Source of the DNA: Catajapyx aquilonaris
Taxonomy: Eukaryota
Assembly (NCBI GenBank): GCA_000934665.2
Contig: JYFJ02000936.1
Coordinates: 1 to 64,000 of the forward strand
Direction: 5' to 3'
Length of the DNA: 64,000 nucleotides
The position numbers were made by a program, and so were the translations under genes. The notes beneath the pieces are model-generated. The model searched no databases, was not told the origin of the DNA, and saw nothing but the letters and a program-made list of their open reading frames with translations. This document shows, piece by piece, positions 1 to 11,487 of the stretch. Position 1 is the first letter of the stretch; the number at the start of each line of letters is the position of its first letter.

Positions 1-1768
1 AGATTCGAGGGGGTCAAAATGACGTGAGTTGTGTCGGGTAAAGGTGGTCCGGCAGTGCGGCGAGAACTTGGCGGGGGCACTGCCGTGCCCCCTAATTTGC
101 CTGCAAAAGGGTCAGTGATGAAGCAGGATCCTAATCACAAAAGTCAGCTCGTATTATTAAGGACTAACATGTGAATAGCTCACAAAAAGCTAGCATAATA
201 ATATCGCAAGAGTATGCTATTGAAGCAGGCTGTTACGACCAGGCATTTTGGTGCAGCACATCCACAGTCTTATTTCAAGAGTAATTGTTAAAATTTCACT
301 GTAATTAATTATGACGACAGGCCCTTCGCGAGTTTCAAAGTTCTCATGCAGTGTCTTTGATGCAAAATGCAATTTTTGTTTCATTTTTTTTTGTCGGAGT
401 AATTTTCGACACAAAGACCTTTTAGTGGGGAGTTTTATTGAATTATACTCTCGTTCCTTTGCAGCCAGCTCGTATCGAGCACTGTCGAGTAAATGCTTCC
501 ATAATTCTTAACTTCTCAATAACACGACAAGTCGCTTCTTGATTAAGAATGCTAAATGCGAAAATTAGTCCTACGCTTACCTGCAGCGAAAATCTTTTGC
601 CAATACAGTTTTTTTTCCCCCTTAAAGCTGTGAAATTATGTCAAAATACTACAGGAGGAAGTTATCCAACAGGTAAGAATATGAGGTGACTGGAGAAAAG
701 GAATACCGATTGGTTGCCAATGATTAGTAATGCTTATAAAGCTGTGAAATTTTCATCATAGTTTTGACAGCCCTTTCTTTTTATTCTTGTTAATAACAGG
801 TTATCAGGCAATATTGATAACAATAATTTTTCAGAGTACAGTCTGCCACTGAATCTACAGCATGCTGTGAAGTCATGTGACAGAATAAAGATTGCGTATC
901 ACACGTTCACACCGATAGATAAATTACACCTTCACAGATTTTATAGATTTATTGTATGGTCATTTACCTCTCAATATAATTTAACACACTTTAAATATTG
1001 AAAGCAGTTATTTATTACCCCAGCATTAAATATTGAAATCAGGACATTTCACTTACCTCAATGAATTTTCAAGGATGAGGAACTTCTTAAATTACTTATC
1101 AGCGCGTATACGCACGTATACAATTTCCGGCGAATAATCCAGGCGTAAAAGGCTCATATGAGGGTGGTGAAGGGATTGTATTCCCGAGATGCAGACGATA
1201 GTAATTCCAGCCATTAAATAATAAAGTCATTAGACCAAATGCGATTTCTTCGACTGATATATTTCCATCAGGTGTTCCCATAAATTGGGGATAAGGTCTT
1301 GAGTGATCAAAAATGTAATTTTGTTGCAGTGTAGGGCCTACTGTAAGCTGTTCAATGCATGTTTAAAAATAATTACATAAAACAAAGCTTGCGATGTTGT
1401 ACATGCATTTGAATTATTTGTAAATTACTTTGAACCACTTACTCTTTTTCTAAGGGAAATGTCTTGGTGGGCTGAATTTTTAATACTTATCACGGGATAA
1501 GTTATGGAATGTCCACTTCAGCGACCACTAGACGAAACTCTGTGAGGAAAACAATTTGAGCCATATTTTTTGTTTGTTGCTTATTCTCTCTAACCTGGTA
1601 TCTGGAGTGAACAATCTTACCTCGACTTCACTGTTGGACTGTGAACTTTGGCAATACGTATACATACAGTGTTTGATATTTTTAATCGACAAAAAGCCGC
1701 ACAAAACCAACTTCAGCATATGTGTAAATCTCTGGATAATACTTTCATTTATTATATTTAATTAATGA

Positions 1769-1837
1769 ATTTATTTATTTATCGTTACATATTTTTTTGT
1801 TTACCCCATTGGAGGGAACGAATCCCTTTTAGGGGGG
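1769..1837 (-). mobile_element. Probable LINE/SINE 3' end: stem-loop plus (TAAA)n tail
   Basis: Minus strand reads cccc-taaa-aggg-attcgtt-ccct-ccaat-gggg-taaa...ataaataaataaat. Confidence 0.4.
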
Positions 1838-3252
1838 TGGATTACCACCATTTGAATGATTTTCCAATTTTTCTTCAGACTCCGTGCAAGGACAATTAGG
1901 GAAGTAGGCTACGGCAATATTTCATCATACTCATTTATTTATTTGTCATAATTTTAATTCTTCATATTATTATATCATATTACCATGTTTCTACATTTTC
2001 AATTGCAAGGAGATTTACACATCTCAATCTGCATCTGCCATTTATGGAAAGCATATAATTATTTCATTACGCAAGTAAATTCATTTTTAAGTGTGATGAC
2101 CTCAAAGTATACAAAGGTGTATAGTACTGTATATTAATTATATTATCAGAGAGATATGACAGAGGTGAAATTCTCACGCGGTTTTTATTATCTCATAAGC
2201 TACATCGAGTTACATCGTAGTATATGTATTGTACAACTGATGTTTAAATGTCACTGGTACGGGGGGATATTATCCTGCCACAAGTATCCATTAAATTACC
2301 TTAAAAATTACACGGTCGTGGTCGAACAACGTATATAATATTATTTTTTACAGGTAAGAACAGGCGACGTGCGAAAAACATGAGCTGCATAAACCTTATG
2401 GGAAAAGTAACATTGCAGTAATTGCAGGATTATCTATTTTTCTTTTTTTTTTTAAACCTGCAAAAGACATCTCACTCGAACATGTCGCCTGGTGAAGATA
2501 ACGCATCAGGTCTGATTGATAACAACAGTGCATTTTGTATACAACGCGACAGGCAAGGTATATGACACCGTATAAAACAAAAGGTCGAAAATGTTGCAAC
2601 TGCGAAGGGAACGGCAGCCTATAGTTTTCAGGCCTACAAAGGTGGGACTATAAAATGGGCATGTCCTTGCACAGCCTAGCTCAGCCGTAGTCTATATTTT
2701 CCAATAATTGCGTTATACATATTTTTTTGCGTAAGACTTTCAAAAAACCAGTCATATGTGACTGAGCAGTGGTCTGAATCCTTTGGGAGAAAAGATGAAG
2801 GACATAACAGATTGCGGAAGGAGTCTGGCGGTAAAAGTTTTCGAAACTATTTGCGCAGCATGTACTGCGCAAGTCTTTCAGCCAATTGGAGCAAACATGC
2901 TCGCGCACTTCTCTTGCCGTTGTTCAGCCAATCATCATCATATTTCCCACTTTTTTTTTTTGTCCAATGATAGCAATCCTGCGCGCGCACTTTCGCCACG
3001 TGTCAAATCCGGATCTGCTGAGGTAGACTGCGCGTTTGTCCCAATCACGTGATTTCTAGTAAACTACGTGACTCTCACACAGCGAAAAATAGCAATCACA
3101 CATATTAGAACGAGGAGTTTTTCAATATACTACATTCTCCATTATGTACAAGGATGTCAGGAAGAGAGCAATTTCCGTGTACAGGGACCCGAGTTGGTTC
3201 CTCCGTCGTCTATAAATTCAACTACTTATTTCCTTCAAAAAGTTTTTATAAA

Positions 3253-3254
<2 letters not shown>

Positions 3255-3288
<34 letters not shown>
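3255..3288. repeat. (TAA)11 microsatellite
   Basis: Direct reading. Confidence 0.95.
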
Positions 3289-4477
3289 CGTCATTATCAT
3301 CCTTAATGATAATTCATACCAAGTAATTAAAGGTGTATGTAGCGTTTTTTTCATCCGCTGAGGTACAGAACACTTATAAAGTTTACGAAAGGAATTATTT
3401 GGTCAGTTATGGATGTTTTTTTTTAAAGAATTCTTTTTCAGAGGGCGCCAGGTCGTAAACATGAACCTCACATGACCTGTCAGCCTCATTATTTACTTTA
3501 CATTTTTGATAGCAAGTGCTGGTCATTGGCCAGTTGTTGTTTTTTTTTCTTCAAATAAGGAGCACAGTAACAGTGAAGTATTTTTTGTTTGTTTACGAAC
3601 CTTTCTTTTTGGGTTGGGGTAACATTGCAAATCTCCACTATGACTTGCCAAGCACCAGTTAGAGGCTGTTATTTTTTCTCTACACGAGTAGAAGAGACAT
3701 ACATGCGAGTAGACACGAAAGGTGGTACAACTCCCACAAGTATTTTTCATATAATAGTTATTTCCATCGTCATCTCTACAGCTAAGTTAGCACCTCCGCC
3801 CGGAGAAAATTCGTCCATGAAAACGGCAGTTAAAACTAGCACACAGCATCAGTGATTTCAAGTTATCATATGGTTATATTTTTTTTGTTTAAACAAACAC
3901 ATATTAGGAGTAAATACAAACATTATTCAGTCATGGAACTCTACCCAACGATTAGTATGAAAGCTGCTCTTACATAATTACCTGGCGATACAAGGGTTAT
4001 TATTTTGTTGCTTTATAGTCCTCATGACTCGATTTTTAACAGTTAACATCACACTTTTATTTTTTAAATAACTGCTGCGACTATTCGTGGCGGTCCCATG
4101 GAAGGAAAAACAAAACGGGATCAGAAACGGGTGAGGCACTCAATTTGGTTGGTTTTTAATTCTATTCGTTTTTAAAATGTAAAAACCGTATACTGTGTCT
4201 AGACGTTTGTGATTGCTCATCACTTGTTTGTTGTTTTGCTGTGACGGTTTAGGTACTATGGAGAAAACATTTTTGGTGGTGTAAAAATCTCATCCTTTTC
4301 TGATCCAGCTCAAGTCGGACAAAAAAAAAAAATACACGACGGAAAATATTGTGCTCACCAAAATGTCTTATTTTTTTTGCGATGCAATCATATTCTTTTC
4401 CTCAGTAAAATCGCCTTGTACTTGTATTGTATCTGTGCACCATGTCCCCAAGCTGCATCACTTGGAGTTGTGTCGGA

Positions 4478-4513
4478 TTTATTTTTTGTTGTCACTGTTT
4501 GGGTGGGTTTATT
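4478..4513 (-). terminator. Candidate polyadenylation signals for the tetraspanin 3' UTR
   Basis: Minus-strand AATAAA at 4508-4513 and 4478-4483, about 420-450 nt past the stop. Such hexamers are common in AT-rich DNA. Confidence 0.3.
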
Positions 4514-4928
4514 GAGAGTCACCATGGGCGGGGTCACTGCTTTGAACTGCTAAGCTACTATTTTCTCTCTCTTTTGTAGTCGGAAAAATCTGTGGATAAT
4601 AGTTGGGCACCAGTGAATACAATGTCCCGCTGTTTTCTTCTTTTTTTTTAGATGTTTGGTGGGGGTAAGAGGAATTGGAAAAGGTTTTTGGGATGAAAAG
4701 GAAGTAGAGTATAGAAGCACAGAAAAGGGGACCGCGACTGATGATGGATGGGTTGTCCTTAGCAGCACAAAACCGGTGACCTTTTTCGTCTTCATGTTCT
4801 TCTTTAGTTGTCGGGAGCCCCCTCTTTTTTGTTGCTGATGGGGGCTGAAATTTGCTCGGCTGGCTCGTTATTTTTGCGCTGGCTGTATGCCTCTAATAGT
4901 ACTTATAGAGGTCGTTGGGTTGCGATTG

Positions 4929-4985
4929 CTAGACGTCCTCACCTATATTACGACACAGACAGATCGAGAACACCATCCCGAGGAT
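4929..4985 (-). CDS. Tetraspanin last coding exon (ILGMVFSICLCRNIGEDV*), end of TM4 and cytoplasmic tail
   Basis: Acceptor tttcctttccag|ATC; 18 codons plus TAG; typical xLGMxFSxCLC ending with juxtamembrane cysteines. Confidence 0.92.
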   Translation of the reverse strand: MLGMVFSICLCRNIGEDV

Positions 4986-5564
4986 CTGGAAAGGAAACCA
5001 ACACATTGCATTATATAAAGAAGAAACTTTTCTCTCACGAACAGACCAATACACGAACAATAAATCCGGCATTTCCCCTGAATAAGAGTAAAGGTCCGAT
5101 TGTTGCCGGATTAACCCTGTTACACCCCCGTGGATTTACAGGACACCTTATTCAAAAAACCACATTAAGAAAGAGCAGGATGTGTACTTCGTTGTCATTG
5201 TTAAAAGGTAAGACACGGCCTAGTAAATTCGACGAGGACCATTTTCGGAGCATGGAGCAAATTTTGTACTGAGATTATGGGAGTTTATCCGACGATAAGG
5301 CTTTGTTAAATAATTACTCCACGTATCTGCTTTCTCACGGGTTTGCCGACACATTGCACTTTTATCAGGCGAGGTTTTTGGGGTCGAAGGTTCGTTCGTT
5401 TCCTGAGATTAGAGGAGGAAAAGGTGATGTTTTTTTTTTTGTTTGTTGTTGTTGCTTACACCCAGGCTTATCTGGCCGCGCGCAGTCGGGCGCGTGTAAC
5501 TTCTTTAGTTTTCTGGGATTCTGGGCTGGCTGTGTGAATAATCCATGAATAAGTTATACATTAC

Positions 5565-5648
5565 CTCCAGACCAGCCACGCCAATTCCAGCTGCCATCAG
5601 GATGGTGCTTTCCATTTTGAACCAATCTCGTAATTTGTGGATGCAACC
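5565..5648 (-). CDS. Tetraspanin coding exon 6 (GCIHKLRDWFKMESTILMAAGIGVAGLE), end of EC2 and start of TM4
   Basis: 84 nt, 28 codons; acceptor ctctttccag|GGT; donor GAG|gtaatg; conserved GC motif before TM4. Confidence 0.93.
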
Positions 5649-5944
5649 CTGGAAAGAGCCAGAACCGGTGTCACTTTTGGCATATCACATATACACGCAG
5701 TAACAAAAGATCAGGTACCAAGGAAAAATTCCTGAATCAATCGAAACATATTGGACAGATGCTGGAAAGAAATTATTACAGCAATAATTAGAGTTTCAAT
5801 ATTTCTAAGAATGTTGCCGGATATATACAGAAGTGTCAGAAACAATAATTTAGTGACCATATACATTTAGTAACGTCCGTCCCTATCAGGAAACTATTAC
5901 TATGTGCATAAAGTTGTAATTTCAAAAAATATGAAGACTCTCCT

Positions 5945-6005
5945 CCCCGCACGAGGGCACCGCCCTATCAAGGGGTAGATAAATAAATAAAATAAATAAA
6001 TAAAA
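5945..6005 (+). mobile_element. Probable LINE/SINE 3' end: stem-loop plus (TAAA)n tail
   Basis: cccc..aggg..ccct..gggg followed by dense ataa repeats; same layout on the minus strand at 1769-1837. Confidence 0.45.
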
Positions 6006-7275
6006 TAGGAAGACTCAAAAATGTTAAAACAGGGACAGTCACGTCAATCTGAAGCATGTTTGCAACACTGCGTGACAGTGACTATAATATTATTATTAAC
6101 TAAATCCTATGAAGAGGACATTGTATTTCTTGCCAAAATATTGATCATGTCAAGTTGTTGGGGGCTAAGTCAGCAAGATTAGGCCTATTTTTTGTGACTT
6201 CCAATTCCTTAGCAGGAAGCCTGGGTCAGATGACGTGACTCACGCCTGTTCCGGCAGGGGGTTCCAAAAAAAATGGGGGGAAAGACACGAGCACCGGAGC
6301 GGAAATTACGTTTTCTTCCTTGTGCTCGACCCCCTCGACGGGGATGTCCAAAATGTTGAATATGGACTGCAATGTCACTTCTGTCGTACTACATGAAAAG
6401 AGCAACGCCAATGGGTATATAGGGCTGACAAAATAATATCGTCTGATTTCAAATGTGTCTCGTGAAATATTAGCTGTTGAATCCTCGGACATTGGTCCAT
6501 AATTATACAGCACTGTCCAGAGTTCAAGAAGCGGATATGAGGAGAAGTTATGGATTGTTAACCTCAGCAACCAGTGTAAAGAGAATTAACTTGCTGGAAG
6601 CCATTGAACTTCTCATAATTGATGCTTGGCGTAACAACTATTGCAGCATAATTAACACTTTTTTCTCATTGAACCTCTGATGCACATTTTGCTGAGGACT
6701 GTACTAAAACAGACCCCCTTTTCCATCTGCTACTCTCCTTTTCTTTTATCGCCACACCCCCTGAGGCCCCAGGGGCTGCCCCTGCTCGCCTCCGAGCAGA
6801 TTACCAAGAACCCCTTTTAGATGGACATTAAGCCCTACTGAATGAAGCAGCTGCCTTTGGGACTGACTACCTGCGTTCAGCAGTGTCAGCGTCACCTTTG
6901 ATTTAAAAAAAAGGGAGACCGAAAAATCCTTTTGGCCAGGGGCAGATGCAACAATAATAGGAACCGAAGAAAGGTAACAAAGACCCCATCAGATGGCAAG
7001 CGAATACTACGTCACTCGATCTAATTGCAGTCTCCAATTTTTTTTTCTCCTGAATGTTTACCTGTCACAAAAAAAAAATCGAGAGCTGGGCAAGTGGAAG
7101 AAACATGATGTAATAATAGTGCACTGTGGAGTGAAATATTTCTATTAATAATAGGGAGTGACAATAAGGACACAATAATAGTTACAAGTACATTAAAGGA
7201 AAATTCGATAAAAGATTAAATTAATGAGATTATTTAAATTGTTTTAAAAATGGAATGAAGAACGTGGCATCTCAC

Positions 7276-7365
7276 CTCGTCGTATCTAGCGTTTTCAAAA
7301 ACTGCTGGGTCGTGATTCTGACAGTCGTCCAAGTTCTCCACCTCGGGTTCATTCCACGGTTGAGG
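7276..7365 (-). CDS. Tetraspanin coding exon 5 (PQPWNEPEVENLDDCQNHDPAVFENARYDE), variable EC2
   Basis: 90 nt, 30 codons; acceptor gttgttattgtcgttgcag|CCT; donor GAG|gtgaga; supplies the fifth EC2 cysteine. Confidence 0.88.
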
Positions 7366-8239
7366 CTGCAACGACAATAACAACAAACGAGAAATGTAAT
7401 GAATCCAGAGGGAAAGATTATTAAGATAATGCATTTCAGACACGCTCCAAGAAAATGTGTTTATCGATCATGTCAGTTTCTTTATTCGAAGGTAATTTTC
7501 CTGTCCAGTCTCAAAAGGTATCCGTTCAACATACAAAATTCAAGGAAGTATGAGAGAAAAAAGGGTTTTTGAACTATAAGAACCAGACCTCAAGGTGTGT
7601 CGAGTATTGGACCGGAACAAAAAAGGAAGGTCGGATATTCGCACACCTGCAAATTATTTCCTGTACTTGCACACTCATCCATGCATTAAAAATGGACGAA
7701 CTATTGTGTTTTCAAGTTTTAAATAAACGATCCACATTTTGCACAGAATATGCATTGTTTTACAACAATAACGTAATTGGCAAGGATCATTTCCATGCCA
7801 AGATTTTTTTTTACAGTATATTGCTGCCACAGTGATATAAGGAAATGCTAATGCTATAATTATGAAATTCTTATTACTTTTCAATTGGATTATAACGAAC
7901 CGTTTGGCAGCAGACCGTAACAATTTGTCTCATATTAGTGAAACTAGATAAGATAATGGTATCACCATTGCAGCAATAATTCATGTAAAAAAAATAAGAA
8001 AAGTCAATTGAGATCATGATTGAATTATTTCTGTTGTTTGCTCTATACGAAATTATTTGAAGGCGCGTCTCTGTTTTGTGACATTTCGATCAGCTGTTTT
8101 TATCACCTCTCAGGAGAGAGGCCACCATGTATTTCCAAGCCTTCTGATCTCCGAAGATTTCCCGGGTCGTTGTCCAGGGTGGGTTAGTGTGCAGGAAGAG
8201 TTGGAAAGGAGGCAAAGGGACTGGTCGCCATCTACCGAC

Positions 8240-8374
8240 CTTGTTGGGATCTAGTCCTTGCATGAGGTGGCAGCAGGTCGGCGGCACTGTCAGGCGGTGT
8301 CCCTCGGCCGCGGTCCTGTTCTGCCAGGGACTGTTGTCATAGTCGTGATAGTCGCGGATACCGCAGCACTGGAA
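8240..8374 (-). CDS. Tetraspanin coding exon 4 (FQCCGIRDYHDY...VPPTCCHLMQGLDPNK), EC2
   Basis: Acceptor tttcag|TTC; CCG and PPTCC motifs; NRT glycosylation sequon. The 3' end is placed at AAG|gtcggt (phase 0, 135 nt), which is less certain because the frame stays open to 8090. Confidence 0.85.
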
Positions 8375-9400
8375 CTGAAATTCAAAGCAAAAAGAGATAT
8401 AAACATGGCCAGATTTCACAGGGTCTTTATCACGATTCATATACAAACGCTAATATTAGTTAGTGGTCATCTAACCAGGAGGATATTCCCTATCATTAAT
8501 TGGGATTAACTTTATAATGGATCTGCAGTCTTACGTAGGCTATTTGAAAAGCGCTTACACTTTTGGGCTTATTTGAAACCATTATTATTGCAAAATTAAT
8601 TTTTAATAACTTACGAGCGTACATGTATTAACTACGGAAAAGAAATGTAAACTTATCAGATGTACGGCATGTTACTTATTTTTTTCCGGTATGATACCCA
8701 CTCTCTCTTGGATTTGCAAGCTTGTCAGTTACCTGCTAATGACTGACTCAGTTCATCAAGAATAGAGGATTTTAGACGTAAGGCACGGCCTTTCATAGAG
8801 GACGATTCATTGGATAACTTTGGAGGAGGTTTGGAAACAATGCATGAGGATCCGGTAATTACACTGGAGAACATTCCAGTCGATTTGATATGGGCTGGAT
8901 GAAATTCATGCACTTGTGAGTGGAGGATGGATGCGGTTATGGATTTGGAGTGGGAGAATTCTTAGTATTGCATCAAGACTGCCTGCATAGTTTCCACGAA
9001 ATAATACTCAAATTATTGTTTATATTGTTCATATAACTTCGATTCAGTTCAGGTCTGGTTGGATTGGTTACTTACACAGTGATACTGCACAAAGAGCTGC
9101 AAGTCCTCACCTCCCCAGTGCAAAGATACTGTTTAAGTAAGGCATAGGAATTGTTTATCTCTGCAACCAGTTTGAAGGTAAGTAACCTAGAGGACCACAT
9201 TCACTAAGACAGTTCTAGCTTCTTTCTTAAACTTGTTGATGAGCTAAATCTTTCCTTGAATTGCCCTTTCACCACAAAACAGGTGTAATTACAGCAAGCA
9301 AGCTAAGCCAGTTTTATACAGAGTGCACCGCTCTCAAATGATTTTAGCGGTTCTCGGATAAACATATTTTTCACTCAACTGGATTAGGATGTAGGGTGAT

Positions 9401-9677
9401 TACAGAGTGTTCCAAGTTTGCATGGATTTTTATAATAGTTATTGTTAGAGGAAATTTCGCTCAAAGGTGTTATTTTTTCTACAGATTGTTATTGTGCCCC
9501 GATCCATCAGATCCCCTATTGCCTATTCTATAGCCACTGCTGCATTCGACCGCCTAATAGTAGGTCTACTGAAGCACCTGGATCGGGACACAACAAGCTG
9601 TATACAAAAATAACTACTTTGGACGATATATACCTGTGATAACAAAAAAATGACCAACGAACTTGGAACACCCTGTA
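9401..9677. mobile_element. Tc1/mariner-type MITE inside tetraspanin intron 3
   Basis: TA|cagagtgttccaagtt ... aacttggaacaccctg|TA; its internal sequence resembles the reverse complement of the copy at 27554-27784. Confidence 0.75.
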
Positions 9678-10090
9678 TTTTGGGCGTTCCGCGAGTAATT
9701 TCCACTCATTCTGTTACAAAAATTACTGAAGCTGAATTTAGTTCTTGATCACACCCGGAGTTAAGTTTTAACGCAAAATAATATAAATAAAGCTGAAATT
9801 CAGATTTGGTTCTTTTTCGCCATACCGTTGAGAACTTATCCAGAAGATCTTAATGAAATGATTGCATAAAATGATTCAAAGTAATTTTGCATCAGATATG
9901 ATTTTCGTTTACATCATAATACGATAATATTATAGCAATAAGTGATTGGCCCTGTTTATTCGATCTGCTGACCTGTTGATCTTTTCATACCTTCTTTTTT
10001 AATGAAGCCGACCTTACGATGGTCGGCTGCCTGACCCAGAACCGGGCCCGATCAACCAAACTATTTAACGAACCTGCTCCTCTCAATTAC

Positions 10091-10270
10091 CTTGTACTGC
10101 AAGTACTTTATGGAAGTGGTAAAGGCCAGTTGGCCGTCCTTGCTGTAGTCCATGCGCAGCTTCCTCACTAAGCTGCTTTCCAGGTTGTCCAGGAATGCTT
10201 CCCGGAAGATGATTGGCAGGATCGCGATGGCCAGCTCGGCGCAAAAGATGAGGAACAGGAAGATGAAATA
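10091..10270 (-). CDS. Tetraspanin coding exon 3 (YFIFLFLIFCAELAIAIL...KYLQYK), TM3 and start of EC2
   Basis: 180 nt, 60 codons; acceptor ttccttgcag|TAT; donor AAG|gtaatt; TM3 has the conserved polar Glu. Confidence 0.95.
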
Positions 10271-10526
10271 CTGCAAGGAAACCAAGTTAACCCAAACATT
10301 AATTATTCAGTCGGCTCCTCCGCGATGGGGTATATGGAGGCATAAAGTTGAGGAGGATGTTTTATGGGCCGCGCAGATGATGCAGAACCTCATAAGAAGC
10401 CCTGCATTGCCCCCGAACTTGCTGCGTAACCAGTATTTAATTCCCTGATGACCTTGCCCAGTAAGGTAGAGGGGGGGGGGGGAATAATGTATAATACGCA
10501 AATATATTGTGTTTTTGATACATTAC

Positions 10527-10739
10527 CGTGACGAGCATGCACTTGCTCTCTTGCAGAGCCCCACAGCATCCGAAGAAGCCGACGATGAGAACGATTCCCC
10601 CGAGGCCGATGAGCCCGTAGGCAAAGTAGCAGCGGATGTCATCTCCAGGGGCTTCGATGGCCACTAGTTGGAAGAGGTAGCTCTTCACTGGGTCGAGCAG
10701 CAGCCAGACGCCCAGGGCCAGCAGGGCGCATCCGGACAA
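10527..10739 (-). CDS. Tetraspanin coding exon 2 (LSGCALLALGVW...GFFGCCGALQESKCMLVT), TM1-EC1-TM2
   Basis: 213 nt, 71 codons; acceptor gcgcag|TTG; donor ACG|gtaatg; classic GFxGCCGAxxES motif. Confidence 0.96.
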
Positions 10740-11421
10740 CTGCGCAATTACGTGAGTTCATTACAAGCCCAAGCTCTCACATATTCAATCTCATCACAAC
10801 CTCGACTATATAGTACTATCGGTGATAACGAGTTTCGGGCAAAGGAACCACGCCTGATTAATTGATTATAAACAATTCGTCTTCACAGAGTATGGGTTGG
10901 ATCCAGATTATTTTTTGAGAGAAGAAATTATTGTTGCTTTTTGTTTAAACTTGTTGCTGGAGTGAACAATACATTTCTACTTATTCTTATACAATATAGA
11001 CGAAATCTGCAACCACATGAAGTTGATAATGTTATTGCCAGATGAAGTGCGTGTACTTTCAAATCGCGCTTTAAGTAGGCTTACTAAATAGGTGTCCATT
11101 AATGCAAGATAAATATGTGTGTAAAGGGGAGGGGAGGGTACTAATGTACTAGTAACGTCTATGGGAGGGTATAGTCCAAGGGTAGTCCGGGTTATAGTCC
11201 AGGGTCGTTCAAGGGTAGTCCGGCAGGCCCTGTACTGTACGTAGTCCGGTAGTCCGCGTACGCAAAAAATGTAAGTGAATAACCCCTCGGGCTACATCTG
11301 ATTGAGTATATCTATAGATCCCGCCCTAGTGGAGACGAGGTATTAGGCCCGAAACATTTTGACGCCCATAGTACCATTGACATTTATTCTCGGCAAACGT
11401 ACGACAAAGTCTGAGACTCAC

Positions 11422-11487
11422 CCAGAAGACTAGATTAAATGTGATGAGTACAGCCTTGGCGCATCTTGCACTGCAACCGATCGCCAT
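11422..11487 (-). CDS. Tetraspanin coding exon 1 (MAIGCSARCAKAVLITFNLVFW), N-terminus and start of TM1
   Basis: ATG at 11487 in aacATGG context; FNLVFW tetraspanin signature; donor TGG|gtgagt; upstream acceptor tctctttccag| gives a 22-nt UTR portion (11488-11509). Confidence 0.93.

Noticed and set aside
3068..3361. ORF with a poly-Ile run resembling a TM helix
   Set aside because: Caused by the (TAA)n microsatellite.
4808..5272. 154-aa plus-strand ORF
   Set aside because: Antisense to the tetraspanin last exon, intron and UTR; no protein-like features.
8779..8800. taaggcacg, matching the 5' end of miR-124
   Set aside because: Only the first 9 nt match and there is no hairpin partner.
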